Source: Gekko japonicus
Taxonomy: Eukaryota
DNA length: 64,000 nt
Reading direction: 5' to 3'
Assembly: GCF_001447785.1 (NCBI RefSeq)
Contig: NW_015176003.1
Location: forward strand, 114,697 to 178,696
In this document: positions 14,199 through 25,842 of the stretch, piece after piece
How the letters are laid out: the number at the start of each line of letters is the position of its first letter
Position numbering within the stretch: the stretch's first letter is position 1
Translations under genes and position numbers: made by a program
The notes under the pieces: model-generated
Told to the model about the DNA's origin: nothing
Database searches by the model: none
The model's input: the letters and a program-made list of their open reading frames with translations, nothing else

Positions 14199-14755
14199 TA
14201 ATTGAACAATATTTCATTCCACCTTTTAGATTGAAGGAATTTTTTTTTGCTACCCTCATCATGCAGACCAAAGAACTTGAAGATAACATTTTTAAGAACA
14301 GCATTAAAAATTTGGGATCATAAAAAAAACATACTAGCTCCTGGGATCTCTCCATTTTCATCTTTCATCAATCAACTTTGGTTCTTACCTGGCAAGGAAC
14401 CTGGAGCCTTTAAAGATTGGCTTACTGCAGGCCTCTCTCACTCAATAGACTTGGTAAAACAGGCCAGGATGATAAAGAAATGTTATTTTGACAGAATTCT
14501 GGAAAAAAACCCTACACTTTGGTTTCAGTACCTGCAATTTAAGATCATGGTGGAATTTTGAGCAAGATCTGGATCATTCAGTTGACCTTTTTCTGCCTTT
14601 GAAAACATTCTGCTGACACATATGGACTCAATAAAAGGGCTCCCATTGAAAATTTATGCAATTTTAATAACTTCGAGCAGTTTCCAAAAACCTGGTTATC
14701 AAACAGCATGGAATGAAAATATTCAAGTTGAAATTACTCCCTTGCAATGGCAGAG

Positions 14756-16161
14756 TATTAGACCTTGACCCCCTCCTCATTTGGAAGGATGAGCTTAGTA
14801 CCTATAAACAGGTGACACAAACAACCTTCCCTCTCTTAGCATCTCATGGGGTCACACATTCAAGACTCATCCCTGGTCTGCAAATAGCAGATCAAAATAG
14901 ATCCTCAGTCACATGGAATGTGTGGCATCGAATATTGACCAGAGGCATGTCTGAAAAACTGATCCTAATGGTGCAAAGGTCTGGTTTTTGGCAGTTCTCT
15001 TCCCTCTTTAAATCCATCAGTGTGAAAGATTGATTTACTCAGAAAAGGACAGTAAATCTAACCAACTCCCTACTTTTCCTGACCTTTCCCTACCTGGCCA
15101 TCTTAAGTAAAAACCTAGCAGAAACCATTTTAATCTCATAATCCTTTGTGTGATAGTTGCCTTGTCCTAGTAAATTAGAGGTCACCCAACACAATAGACA
15201 TTTCACATAAATGTTACATTGCACTTCCAGTTCCTGGGAACGTTATGAAGCTTCCTGGTTAGGACAACATTGTTTCATTCATACCATCACAGTATTGTTC
15301 TAGGAACAATAACATCATGCCCCAAAAAGAGTATAACCAGTCAGATTCTGTTCAGTAGAAAGTCTCTTTCTCATCTCTCTCTTTTGGTCTGTTCCTTGTT
15401 GCATGTGTGTGTTTGGACGTACACTCACAACATGGAGCTGGATACACCTGGTTTGTCTCTCTCATCCTTCTCCCTTGGATCTCTGGTTCTGATTCTTTGG
15501 ATAGGTAAATATAGTCCCATGTAAAATACGTTTCCCTCTCAGTCTCTATAAGCTACCACCTTTATTTTCTGAACTTGTATGTGTGTTTATAGAGTGCTCT
15601 TCAATCAATAAGTTTTGATTTTATTCTTTCATTCTCTTTAATAAAAACTATTTCATTAATTACAGCCTGGTTCATTTGAGAGTTCAACTGAGGGAAAAAC
15701 CTCCATAAACACAGGTGGAGATCCTGCTTGATTACCCCCTCTTGCATTGTTTGGGTTTCCTGGCTAATTCCCCAAAAAAACCCATGCACTTCATGCGAAG
15801 CTGAATCAGTAGAGCGTATGTTTTTCAGTTGCCCATTCTACAAAGAGGCTCGCCTTAAAATTATTACCCCATTAGTTGATAGGATAACTGGTCACATTAA
15901 TGCAAACAAAGCAAGGCTTCACTGGCTTCTATCAGATAAGAATACAGAGATTACACATTCCGTTGCTGAGTTCTGTGCATTGATTCTTAGATTGTGGGAG
16001 TCACATTTTAAAAGTTTTTAAATTTAGATTTTTATTCTGTATATTATCTCTGTTTTTTTCTTTCTCATATTATGTTTCTATTGTATGCTGGTCTTAAGAC
16101 GGTAATAATAAACTAAACCTCAACAAACCCAGGAAACCCTCACAACCACTTTGGGCTAACA
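14756..16161 (+). mobile_element. Solo LTR (ERV1-like, 4-bp TSD)
   Basis: Termini tattagacc...gggctaaca flanked by TSD agag (14752-14755, 16162-16165); aataaa near 15640. Confidence 0.72.
15785..16124 (+). mobile_element. LINE 3' fragment (RTEX-like) nested in the solo LTR
   Basis: 'ESVERMFFSCPFYKEAR' C-terminal zinc motif; tail 'ggtcttaagacggtaataataaa'; aaaccca on both sides. Clade assignment is tentative. Confidence 0.6.
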
Positions 16162-16512
16162 AGAGTATCTGGAACTCACCTGCCAACACTTCTAAGATGT
16201 GTAACATATGAACACAAATGTTTAAACTTATGACCAGATGGTATTATTTCCTGATGAAACTGCATATTATATATCCTCAGCTGTCTCCACTGTGTTGGAA
16301 AAACTGTGGTTCCATTGACACCTTCTATCACTGTTGGTGGGAATGCCCGACTATTCAACATTTTTGGCAAGCTGCCCTGAATCAAATCATTGCAATCACA
16401 TCACAATCAATACCTTTAAAACCTGAGCTCCTACTTTTAAATCTTTGGGACCCAGTCAATTGAGTAGACATACATGAAAATCTTATCTTCCTCCTTCTTG
16501 CTGAAGCAAGAC

Positions 16513-17680
16513 TGTCACGGCTCAGGTGGGGTGTCCCCTGACACTGCCACCACTCTGGATTTAGGATCCCTTGAGAAGGCCTAGAGCACCCTCCCAAGAC
16601 CTTCAGACCTCCCTTTTGGACAAATATTAGGTGTGAGGACCAGGCAGAGTACAACAAGGAAAAGGTTTATTTTATAGGACGTCAAACAAACAAGGTGCAG
16701 AATAATAACAGTAAGTGGGTGAAAAGAAAAGAAATCAAATGTCCAAATGCATCTAAATATATACTGTCCCTAGCTCACTATCTCAAGTGGCCTTAAACTA
16801 CTCACCCTTCCCTCAGGATGAGGGTTTCTTCCTCACAGCAGCCTCTCTTCTGGCCCTGTTTCCTGGGAAGAAGAACAGCTTTTTTCCCTCTTGTTGTATG
16901 AGGGGGTACTTGCCTTAGGGCACTGCTTTTTAAGGTGTCCCAACTCATTGCATGAAAAACACCTTGGTGCTTTCTTCTCCACTATTGGCAACTTCACCCC
17001 AGCACTCAAGGAGACAGGTTGCTGCTCCTGGGATGGCAGTCCCTTTATTTATGGCTGCTTTCTTGGTTGGAGAGAGGTCTTAGGGAACTCCCTCTTACAC
17101 CAGTCCTGGTTAGTGCGGTACCTCTGCCCTCCGTAGGCTTCAGCCAGTCACTCTGCTCACTGTCCTGGTTCTTGGAGGGTATTAGGGCTCTTGTCCACCA
17201 GGGGGCACCTAATGTACTCAGGAAGAAGTGTCAGGAACCGGTCAATGCACATCAGGAACTTGACATCAGCCAGGGTCTTGGCATCAGCAACCTCCATCCA
17301 CAAGTCGTCGGCTTTTCCCAGTCTGTGTACTAACTGTGGGTAGGACTCTTTCAAATCCCTTCAAGTCTGATCTCTCAGAAGCACTTCCAGGCCCCTTCCT
17401 TGGTGAGTCCCACCCTCTCTTGCACACTCTGCCTAAACAGCTTGTAATCTGTTCTCTCTTAACCCTCCATCTGCCCAGACACTGAAACTAGGACACCACT
17501 CAACTGCTGTCTCAGCTTTTCCATGTACAGCTCTGAGGGGATCTTGTAATCAATACAGACTTGTTCAAAATTCTGCAGGAAGGCCTCAATGTCCTCCCCT
17601 TCCTTGAACCAGGGGTACTTCCAACGGTCCTCTTTCACTGTGGCATCTGTAGGAGGTTGGCCCTTTTCTAGCTTAAATAG
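16513..17680 (-). mobile_element. Gmr1-like Gypsy fragment: SCAN-containing gag adjoining an LTR 3' end
   Basis: Minus strand reads 'KYPWFKEGEDIEAFLQNFEQVC', SCAN-like 'IDRFLTLLPEYIRCPLVDKSPNTLQE', knuckle 'CFSCNELGHLKKQCP', then AATAAA and a terminal ...gtgaca. Confidence 0.8.
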
Positions 17681-17689
17681 TTACAAGAA

Positions 17690-18775
17690 TGGGCACAGTA
17701 ATGAGACAAATGAAAAATGGAAAAGAACTGTGACAATTTAGCGCTTAATAATATATTCATAAATCATAATATACAATAACAGAAATGTAAATAGAAATAG
17801 TGAATGTAGTAGACGGTGGTCTCCGGAATGATGTGCCGTTTCGAAGATGATCTTCTTCTGAACAAGGAGGTGTACCTTATCAAATATAACAATACAAATC
17901 TCATTTAAAAACTATATCTAACAATGTACAAATATATAATGTAGATAAGAATAAAAATAGTATGAAACCTTACATAAACTGTCCTTCAACAATTCATATC
18001 TCTTGGTGACGTATTGACAATATACTGTAGATTCTAAAAAGTACAACAACAGCTGTTACAGTACATTTTCATTAATTCATTAATGCTCCACATACATGAT
18101 TGTTAATATTAAAGTATATAATAAAGACACTCACCACTTCATCATAAAGCTATGCTTACAGCTATGTTCTTCAATGGGCTATGGTTGCTGAATGCCATAG
18201 CTAGTGGACTCTATGTAGGCATTATATCCTGCTGATCTGTTTTGTTCAACACTGATCCTGTTAATACTCATAAATAAGTACAAAATTCACCAACTCCTAT
18301 GACAATTACCCTTGCATACAGGTAAGTTAGAATACACGAAGCGGACCATTTACTTAATAACCTGCCCTTGTGGGCTAAAATACATTGGAGAGTCGACACG
18401 GGCAATTAAGACCCGAATTTTGGAACACAAGTCCAAAATTAAACATAAACATACAGAAGCCCCCCTCGTGGACCATTTCATCTCAATGGGTCATAGATAT
18501 GATGATTTCAAATTTGTAGTTCTAGAAGTGATCCAGACCAGCAATTACTGCAGAAAAGATATTCGACAAAACACTCTTGCGGCGTGAGGCCTTCTGGATT
18601 TTCAATTTAAACACTGTCTATCCATTTGGCTTGAATGCATCCCTGGACTTGGCATGTTATTTATGAACATTTATAAATGGTTAGTGTATTCTAACTTACC
18701 TGTATGCATGGGTAATTGTCATAGGAGTTGGTGAATTTTGTACTTATTTATGAGTATTAACAGGATCAGTGTTGA
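17690..18775 (+). mobile_element. Penelope-like element: GIY-YIG endonuclease end preceded by an inverted pLTR
   Basis: 'TIYLITCPCGLKYIGESTRAIKTRILEH'; 92-bp inverted repeat 18246-18337 / 18684-18775 with 1 mismatch. Confidence 0.9.
17806..17866 (-). ncRNA. Hammerhead ribozyme relic in the Penelope pLTR
   Basis: Minus strand: cagaaga-agatcatctt-cgaaa-cgg...ccg-tc, i.e. a CUGANGA-like core (U to A), short stem II, GAAA, stem III and GUC. Confidence 0.6.
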
Positions 18776-19226
18776 CATGTGTTTTTCTCAAATTGGGTTG
18801 GAAAAACACAGCTAGGGACACAGGTTGTGTCTAACACCTTGAAAACTCTATGATGTCACCATAAGTTAGAAGTGACTTGACAGCACTTTCCTCCACCATC
18901 AATGAGAGAGGGGATTCAGCTACAGTTGATCCCCATCCTACTGGCAGAAATTATTATCCTTTCTGTCATCTTGGTATTCTACACAAACGGCTGTAGTTGT
19001 GAGCAAGTGGCTTGCCTCAGTGCAATCTCATGAATTCATTGCTGAACTGGGATTTGAGAAATGAAATTTTAGTATCAGCCTGGGACTGACATACCAAAGA
19101 TACTGCCTCTCCCGATATGTGCACTGAAGAACCTTGTGCTCTGCCAATCAAGATCTGCTGGCTGTCCCTGGCACAAGGGACATCCATTTAGCCTTGAACA
19201 GGGCTTTCTTTTCACTGGCCTCAGCC

Positions 19227-19436
19227 TAGGGTTGCCAGGTCTGGGTTGGAAAATACCTGGATACTTTGGGGGAGGATCTGGGAGAGGGGTTTGGGGGGGG
19301 GGGCGCGGCATGGTATAAGGCTATAGAGACCACCTTTCAAAGCAGCCATTTTCTCCAGGGGAACTGCTCTTTGTCAGCTGGAGATTAGTTGTAAAAGCGG
19401 GAGATCTCCAGGCCCACCTTAAGGCTGACAACTCTA
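19227..19436. mobile_element. hAT-like MITE (TAGGGTTGCC family)
   Basis: Termini tagggttgcca...tgacaactcta; imperfect 8-bp TSD cctcagcc/ccttggcc; related copies at 37921 and 61227. Confidence 0.8.
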
Positions 19437-19451
19437 CCTTGGCCTATAAAT

Positions 19452-19522
19452 ATGGGAAGCTTTATTGATCAACAGCTTCTCCTCAGAAGGAGCTCTGTGG
19501 GTTTGTCCAGATTACATCTGTG
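19452..19522 (+). pseudogene. iGluR pseudogene candidate exon 1 (signal peptide)
   Basis: atg(g)gaagcttta gives 'MEALL...ALWVCPDYIC' after removing one base; phase-1 donor g|gtaaga. Confidence 0.4.
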
Positions 19523-19634
19523 GTAAGAAACTCTTTGTACTCATGTAATTGTTTTCCTTTAATTATCTGTGGAACAAATGATGGATGTGTGGTATAATAC
19601 CTTGTGGATTTAGCCTATGTTAAGAATATGTTAA

Positions 19635-19795
19635 GTAACAGCGTTCCGTGCGCCTTGGTGTTTAGTCATGCCGGCCACATGACCACAGAAATGTCTTCAG
19701 ACAGCGCTGGCTCTTCGGCTTTGAAACGGAGATGAGCACCACAACCCTAGAGTCAGATTTGACTGGCTTTCGAGCAAGGGAACATTTACCTTTAC
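19635..19795 (+). mobile_element. Sauria SINE, 5'-truncated
   Basis: Near-identical to 12162-12325; taagaata on both sides. Confidence 0.9.
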
Positions 19796-20943
19796 TAAGA
19801 ATACTACAGTAATTATGCTTTAATAAACAAACTTGGAATAGAAGCAGAGACTCTCTAATAGTATTTACTTGTGTGCTATACCCAGAATAAACCTATAGCA
19901 TTACAGAAGTGTACCTCTGACTAAGAATTAAATGATCTGGTATAGGAACACTAACTAGATGCCTGGGGTTTCCTATACCTGAATCAGGCCTGACCAGAGT
20001 CATCAGAACAATGTGAAATGGAACACAACTTTTCATACAGGTTTTTTTAAAACACATTTATAATTTATTTCTTTGCTTCAATATGTAGATAACAAAAAGA
20101 TATAGTGCTGCCATACTTGCATACAATAACAACTCTGATCATTTCTTGTTTGGCCTATATTCCTTAGGGTATATATCTTATACTGCACTTAATCTGTTCA
20201 AACACTTTCTTGGAGTTGGTTCATTTTAGATTGTATCTTTCACTGAATCTTGTTTATGGTACAGTGCATCTTTGATTCTGTCTGGTTGATGAAGCACTGC
20301 TTTGCTGGTAATTGTTTAGATGGTGCTGTAAAAATTGAACTCATGCACAAGTTTATAATCTGGTTCAGCTCACATCTTGTTGGCCAGTGGCATTTAGACA
20401 GCCATTTTATTTGCCAGAGCAGGTTACTTGCAGCCATAAGAACCTATGGCCAGTTGGTGAGGGATCTTCTGGGAGTCAGTTTCTGATCACCTGCTCATGA
20501 ACTTTTGCTGTTTACCCAGAAAGGTATCTGGGGGTGGGAATCAATAGGCTACTCTCAGCTGATTGCAAGGATCACCTAGAAGGTGGGTTCTGACTGCCCA
20601 GCCTAGAAAGTTTGCTACATCCTAGCCTCGCTGAGATTGCCACAGATTTGGGCAGGGGGTAATTTCATTTCTCTTCATCCCAAATTGCCATTCTAGGGCC
20701 GAACTGTTACTGTTTTTCCTTTCTTTTACCCTTAGAAGCTCCTTGACACATAGATCTTGAGCAGCGGAATTGTTTAAATAAAATTTGCAACTGCCAGTGT
20801 AACTTTAGGATCCCTATCGTTTAATAAAAAGTGTAATACCTAAGAAAAAGATAATCCAAACCAATCATTTACAAGAGTAATGTAACACAATCTAAGTACC
20901 TCATAAAAGGGACATTTCAATACCATATTTGCTAGAGAATCCA

Positions 20944-21015
20944 TTTATTTATTTATTTATTTATTCTTTAGATTTGTATCCCGCCCTCCTCGAAGGCTCA
21001 GGGCAGCTAACAAGG
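20944..21015 (-). repeat. L2-type 3' tail
   Basis: (ttta)n followed by 'tgtatcccgccctcc...ctcagggcagct'. Confidence 0.65.
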
Positions 21016-21696
21016 GCATAAATGCCTAATAAAACAATAAGAACAGTATAAAATACAATACAATATACAACATAATACAATCAGTATAAAAGAAATTTGC
21101 AATAGCCACAACAGTGGGTTTAATTTTATTGCATACTGTCTTTTGGTGGGAATTCCAGCTCAGGTAATTGGGGTGGGGGTGGGGGGGTGGGGGGAAGAAT
21201 GTTGATAAATGAAATCTTTAACATGTTCAACTTCAATACCATTCAACAGCCACTGAAAAAGGTGTATTTTCTCTTCTTATATTTATGATAGTTTATCAAC
21301 AGACCTTCCCTAGAAAACTACCCAAAGAAAATTTTTATGATCTTTGCAATCCCACCCTTTTGTGGGACAAGAGAACTGCAACTTCTGTGTACTATGAGAT
21401 CGGAATGCTACCGTTTGCTAACTTTGTTGGGTGGCAGGTCTCCTGAAAATTTCCTGTTAAATCATTCAAATATAAACAATACAGGGCCCAAAAGACATCC
21501 TTGTTTACCCTCATATCCAAATACAAAGGCTCAGTCTATACCCCCGACTTGATCTATAAAATATGTATAAACTTGTTGTATGAGCCATAGCAATCTTTTT
21601 AACCATGGTAGAATTAGATAATTTCCTCCAGAGTCTTGTAAAGCCAGCAATTCAGGGGGGGGGGAGATTTCTCGGCTAAATGGAAAAGAACCATAC

Positions 21697-22015
21697 TATA
21701 AAGTACTGAGACTGACGCATCATTGAGTGATTTCAGCTCATACTTTACTTAAGTGACTTCAGGGGGGAAAACAGAGACAGTAGCTAGCCCGCAGGCTGCT
21801 TATATGTCTATTTACAACCACACCCATTACACACACCCACACCCGTGATAGGCTATACAAGAGTTACAATCTTATAGGTTCTCTGTAGAATCCCTACTTG
21901 CCGGTTGGTGGGTTTTAGGATCCTAGGACTCTATTGTCCCTGGTAGCGAAGCTTCACTAGTTTGTCGAGCCACATGGTGGCCCGACCGCGTGTACAGTTA
22001 AGCTAGTACACAACA
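21697..22015 (-). mobile_element. Gypsy solo LTR related to the LTR at 12758
   Basis: 5-bp TSD catac (21692-21696, 22016-22020); shares catgtgg, aagcttc, ggatccta, tagcctatca, tatgagctga and ctcagta in the same order. Confidence 0.85.
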
Positions 22016-22275
22016 CATACAATGTCCAAAACAAAACAGACCCTTCTAAAAGGGAAAGTTAATGTGAGCTTTCCAAGGCAGCATGCCTTGTTTTGTGCCT
22101 AAGCACCCTTTGATTAATGACAGACAGGAACTGGGCAAGATTCAGTGTCTCTTGGGAGCAGCTATATTCCTCAGTAAGTGTGATGAGTTGTGGCACTGTT
22201 CTGCCCCTTTCTTTTAGCTCTTTCCTCTTATTCTTGGAAATGACCAAAAACTTGTTTTCATTTCTTATCCAACAG

Positions 22276-22383
22276 ACAGGAAGGAGCTAGTAAAATGTCA
22301 TATTTGTAATAATATAGACCATGAATTATAAAATCCTTCCACTGCAATGTGATGTATTTCTGATCCATTGTTCCCCAAATGAG
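22276..22383 (+). pseudogene. iGluR pseudogene candidate exon 2 (ATD start)
   Basis: Acceptor ttttcatttcttatccaacag, donor gag|gtaaaa; 108 nt, phase 1-1; 'DRKELVKCHICNNIDHEL' weakly resembles the ATD first strand (GluD 'IHIGAIF'); three stops. Confidence 0.45.
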
Positions 22384-23231
22384 GTAAAACTAAGGTTCAT
22401 GTAGCCATCAGATTCACAGATGAGATAATTATTTTTTTCCCTCTGCTATCCAAGGAAAGGTAGCCATTTTAAATAACAAGTAAATTCACATCATTTACAG
22501 GAAAAACAAAATGGATAAAATAAACACTTGAGCAATTGTTTTTTCAAGGCATCTAAAATAAATGCTTTTTATTCTTGTTGCTTTGGAGTTTTTTAAATGA
22601 AACATGCTCTGTTCATATTTAACTGCTTACAGAGGACAAAGACATTGTTTATTTTAATAGCCATATACTTTCATAGCTAGCTGTGTGGCATGTGTGCCTC
22701 TCTTTGCTCAGCCTGTTCAAACAACTTGTTTACAAAAATCTTCCATCTGTCAGTAAAGAGTGTCTTTTATCTTTATTGCAGAATAGGAGAGATCAATAGG
22801 GTCAGGGGAAAACTTTTAATTGAAATAGCTATTAGGGGAATAATGATAGGCATCAGCAAAGTGAATGAGAAAAGAAACAGAAACTAATTAATAGTCCATT
22901 ACAAAGAAAGGGAAAAGAAGCAATTTTAAAACTAAGTTGAATAATTGAACAATGAGATAAATTGAACAATGAGATAAATAAAAGTATGATTTGTTAAACA
23001 TAGGCAATGTTACAAATGTAAACTGAAAATCTAAGTTTGAAGATCCTGTGAAGCGAATGAAAATCAAACAACTTCCATTCTTTTAAATTACAGATTTCGA
23101 ATCATCTATCTTATTTAAAATAATTTTCACCATACCAAGGTTACTGGTTTAAACCTGCAAGACTGAAATTGACTTGGATAATTCACAGGAATTCAGATTC
23201 AGAAAATCTGAATAATTCACAAGAACAATAT

Positions 23232-23322
23232 GGCTGCAATCACACACACACTAAATAATCCACTTTCAATGCACTCTCCAACTGGACTGAAAGTGGATTA
23301 TTTAGTGTATATGACCACAGCC
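23232..23322. mobile_element. Small palindromic Harbinger-type MITE
   Basis: Arms of about 35 bp containing cactaaataatccactttca / tgaaagtggattatttagtg; GGC termini; 3-bp TSD tat. Confidence 0.8.
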
Positions 23323-23626
23323 TATGTCACTATAACATCTTTTGAAATGTAAGCTCATAATCTAATTTATTGTCCCTCCTTTTTTTAAGATACTTTTTGA
23401 TAGACCATCAGAAAGGTAGTATAACTCAATGTGGCTGAAAAATCATGGGCAGTAGACCTGGCCTCCGGTCTCCAGAGATGAGGCTTACTGTCCATTATTT
23501 AGAGTAACCCCCAACTATTTTCTGGCACATGAGTTTGGTGGACAGATCTTCCCATAGAAAATATCTGTTTAAAACCTGAAGGGCACATGTGCTCCCAAAC
23601 AGCTGTTTTCCAAGGCACATTTCCTT

Positions 23627-23682
23627 NNNNNNNNNNNNNNNNNNNNNNNNNNNNNNNNNNNNNNNNNNNNNNNNNNNNNNNN
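23627..23682. other. Assembly gap (56 N)
   Basis: Run of N. Confidence 1.
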
Positions 23683-24004
23683 GATAACAAAATAACTGTC
23701 CAAAAATGCACCTAAAATGGAATCTTGAAGCAGTAGCAGCATTCCCAAAACTTCAGCGTAATAAAAGCATGTCCCCTTAAAATCCTGAAGGGAAATGAAT
23801 ACAAAATTTTTTGAAGTGCACAAACCTAATGGATACTACATGAAAACTGTCTCCCATTGAGTATTCACCATATTTTTATACACCACTTCATCAAGGTTTG
23901 TTTACATGAAGCTAGAAACGATCAGGGACCACAAATAATCTTGGGAAGTAGCATGGAGAGAAATCAATAGTAATTTTCCATTGCTTTGCTTTTTTTCTTT
24001 GCAA

Positions 24005-24267
24005 ATTTTATAGAGAAAGCCGTGCGCACACATTTTTCCTTAATGATGATCCAACTTTTGCAAAGAGCACATTCAAAAATAGAACTGTTCCAGGTTGTAA
24101 TACCTTCTTTTTCTTGATTTGAACATCCCATGTCATTCACAATTTCAAAAGGGTAGTATTTTAAGTGGCAATTATGTGGTGCGGCATCTGGTTGGGGAGC
24201 TGCTGTTGACACTGGCTCATTTTCTGGAGGGCTTGGACTACATATACCTCATGATCATCACTGACAG
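24005..24267 (+). pseudogene. iGluR pseudogene exon 3 (ATD R1 lobe)
   Basis: Polypyrimidine tract; across frameshifts 'FIEKAVR', 'LNDD', 'CHSQFQKGSILSG' (AMPA CSQFSRGVYAIFG), 'LHIPH' (GluD MHIPH), 'IITDR'; phase-2 donor ag|gt. Confidence 0.7.
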
Positions 24268-24448
24268 GTCATGTGCTGCTTTTGAGTCTGTGCAATCATC
24301 ATATTGGTGCATGCCCAGACCAAAAAGGATCAAACAATAATTTTCAGGTAGCAGTGTGCAAAAATGCACAGCATATGCAAACCAGTTTAGAATAATCAGG
24401 GAACATGAACATGCTTGTCTTTCTGAGTCAGGCAGCAGTGAGACTGAT

Positions 24449-25433
24449 GGCCGATTTCTCACATGGCACTTACCCCTGGTTTTCGTTGGAGTTTTCTGAC
24501 CCGGATCGTTTTTGTCAATTTCACATTTAAAGCATTTCCAGCCAGTCTGCCCCGGGTCCACTCCGGGGGTTTAATTTTTGCATTACAGCCTTGGTGTGGT
24601 TTTCTGCAATCTATCTCCTCCCACTCCCGCCCCTCACCCTCCAAACCCCTCCTATCCACCCATCTTCCCTCAAATTCCCCCCCTTTTTTAGATGCATGCT
24701 CAATCACATTACATCATTATTACACAATAAGGGGAATGAGCAGGCATCATGTGGCACATCTTCAGCTTTCTGATTGGTAATCTTTGTTCTTTGAGCCGGG
24801 AATTTTAAAAAAAGGTCTGGGGATTCTCCATTTTGAACCTCTCATCCCTGATACTTTTGGCCATGATGGAGAAGCGTCAGGTGAAAGCGCTAGCTGTTGT
24901 CAGCTCAGTGCTTGAGTTGATATTGCTGTGTATGGATTCCACAAATAATTTCTTGACCGTTTTTAACAAGCGATCCAGAAGACGAAGATGCCTTTTCCGT
25001 GGTCCCTGCTCTTCATCCCCCTTAATGACTCCTTCAAGTAATTCTATAGCTCCCTACTCCCGCTGGTTTGTAAAGAGACTGTAAAGCGGAAATAAATTGT
25101 TGCTTTTGAGATACCATAGTCTTCCTCATTCAATGAAGCAGCAAAAGGGAGAAAAGAAAATGGCGCGGGGACAAAGAAAAGGGGTGGAATTTTAGCACAT
25201 GTTTCTGCAGGTTGGGGGAAAAGGGCTAAGGACTGTGGGTGGAGACGTAGCAATCATGCAGTTCACGGAGTTGCCGCTATTGGTCCCTTATTTTTAAACT
25301 TTCTTTTTGCTAACTTACAACAATGTTATAACGTCCTACATACTAAATGGCTGCCCGGAGATGCGGAACCTTTTGGAAATGTGATGAGGTGGACCTCCTC
25401 CTGGATATTGTGGGCCGTTCTGGACATATCCAG
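24449..25433 (+). mobile_element. Harbinger transposon remnant (possible transposase N-terminus and Myb/SANT ORF start)
   Basis: Terminus ggccgatttctcaca resembles the MITE at 39181; 'MAARRCGTFWKCDEVDLLLDIVGR' near 25348 fits a Myb/SANT-like first helix. Confidence 0.6.
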
Positions 25434-25435
25434 TA

Positions 25436-25842
25436 ATTAATGGTCAGCATTAGATAGGGACTCTGGGGCAAGTGATGCTCTGTCTTCTTGGTGCTTGGGG
25501 GGGGTCAACAGTGGGAGGGCTTCTAATGTCCTGGCCCCACTGGTAGACCTCCTGATGGCACCTGGTATTTCTGGCCACTGTGTGACACAGAGTTTTGGAC
25601 TGGATGGGCCTTTGGCCTGATCCAGCATTGGCATCTCTTATGTTCTTATGTTATTACGTGTTGCTCTGTATTCTTGCTTGGGGGGGCAACAGTGGGAGGG
25701 CTTCTAGTGTCCTGGCCCCACTAGTGGACCTCCTGATGGCATCTGGTATTTTTGGCTATTGTGTGACAGAGTGTTGGACTGGATGGGCCATTGGCCTGAT
25801 CCAACAGTGGCTTCTTTTATGTTCTTATGTTCTCTTATGTTC
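25436..25842 (+). mobile_element. Two tandem CR1-type 3' end fragments or CR1-tailed SINEs
   Basis: Each ends 'ggactggatgggcc..tggcctgatcca...(tcttatgt)n'; another copy at 44260-44432. Confidence 0.75.

Larger units (their letters stand above)
14199..16512 (+). mobile_element. L1 ORF2 3' fragment (second family), split by a solo LTR
   Basis: 'FLRTALKIWD...' 14247-14561 and 'CWKNCG...YHCWWECP' 16218-16463; removing 14756-16165 restores 'WQSIWNSPAN'. Confidence 0.85.

Noticed and set aside
23964-24212. 82-aa minus-strand ORF, and a MaoC-like reading of 'NDDPTFAKSTFKN' on the + strand
   Set aside because: Better explained as iGluR ATD exon 3 and its antisense.
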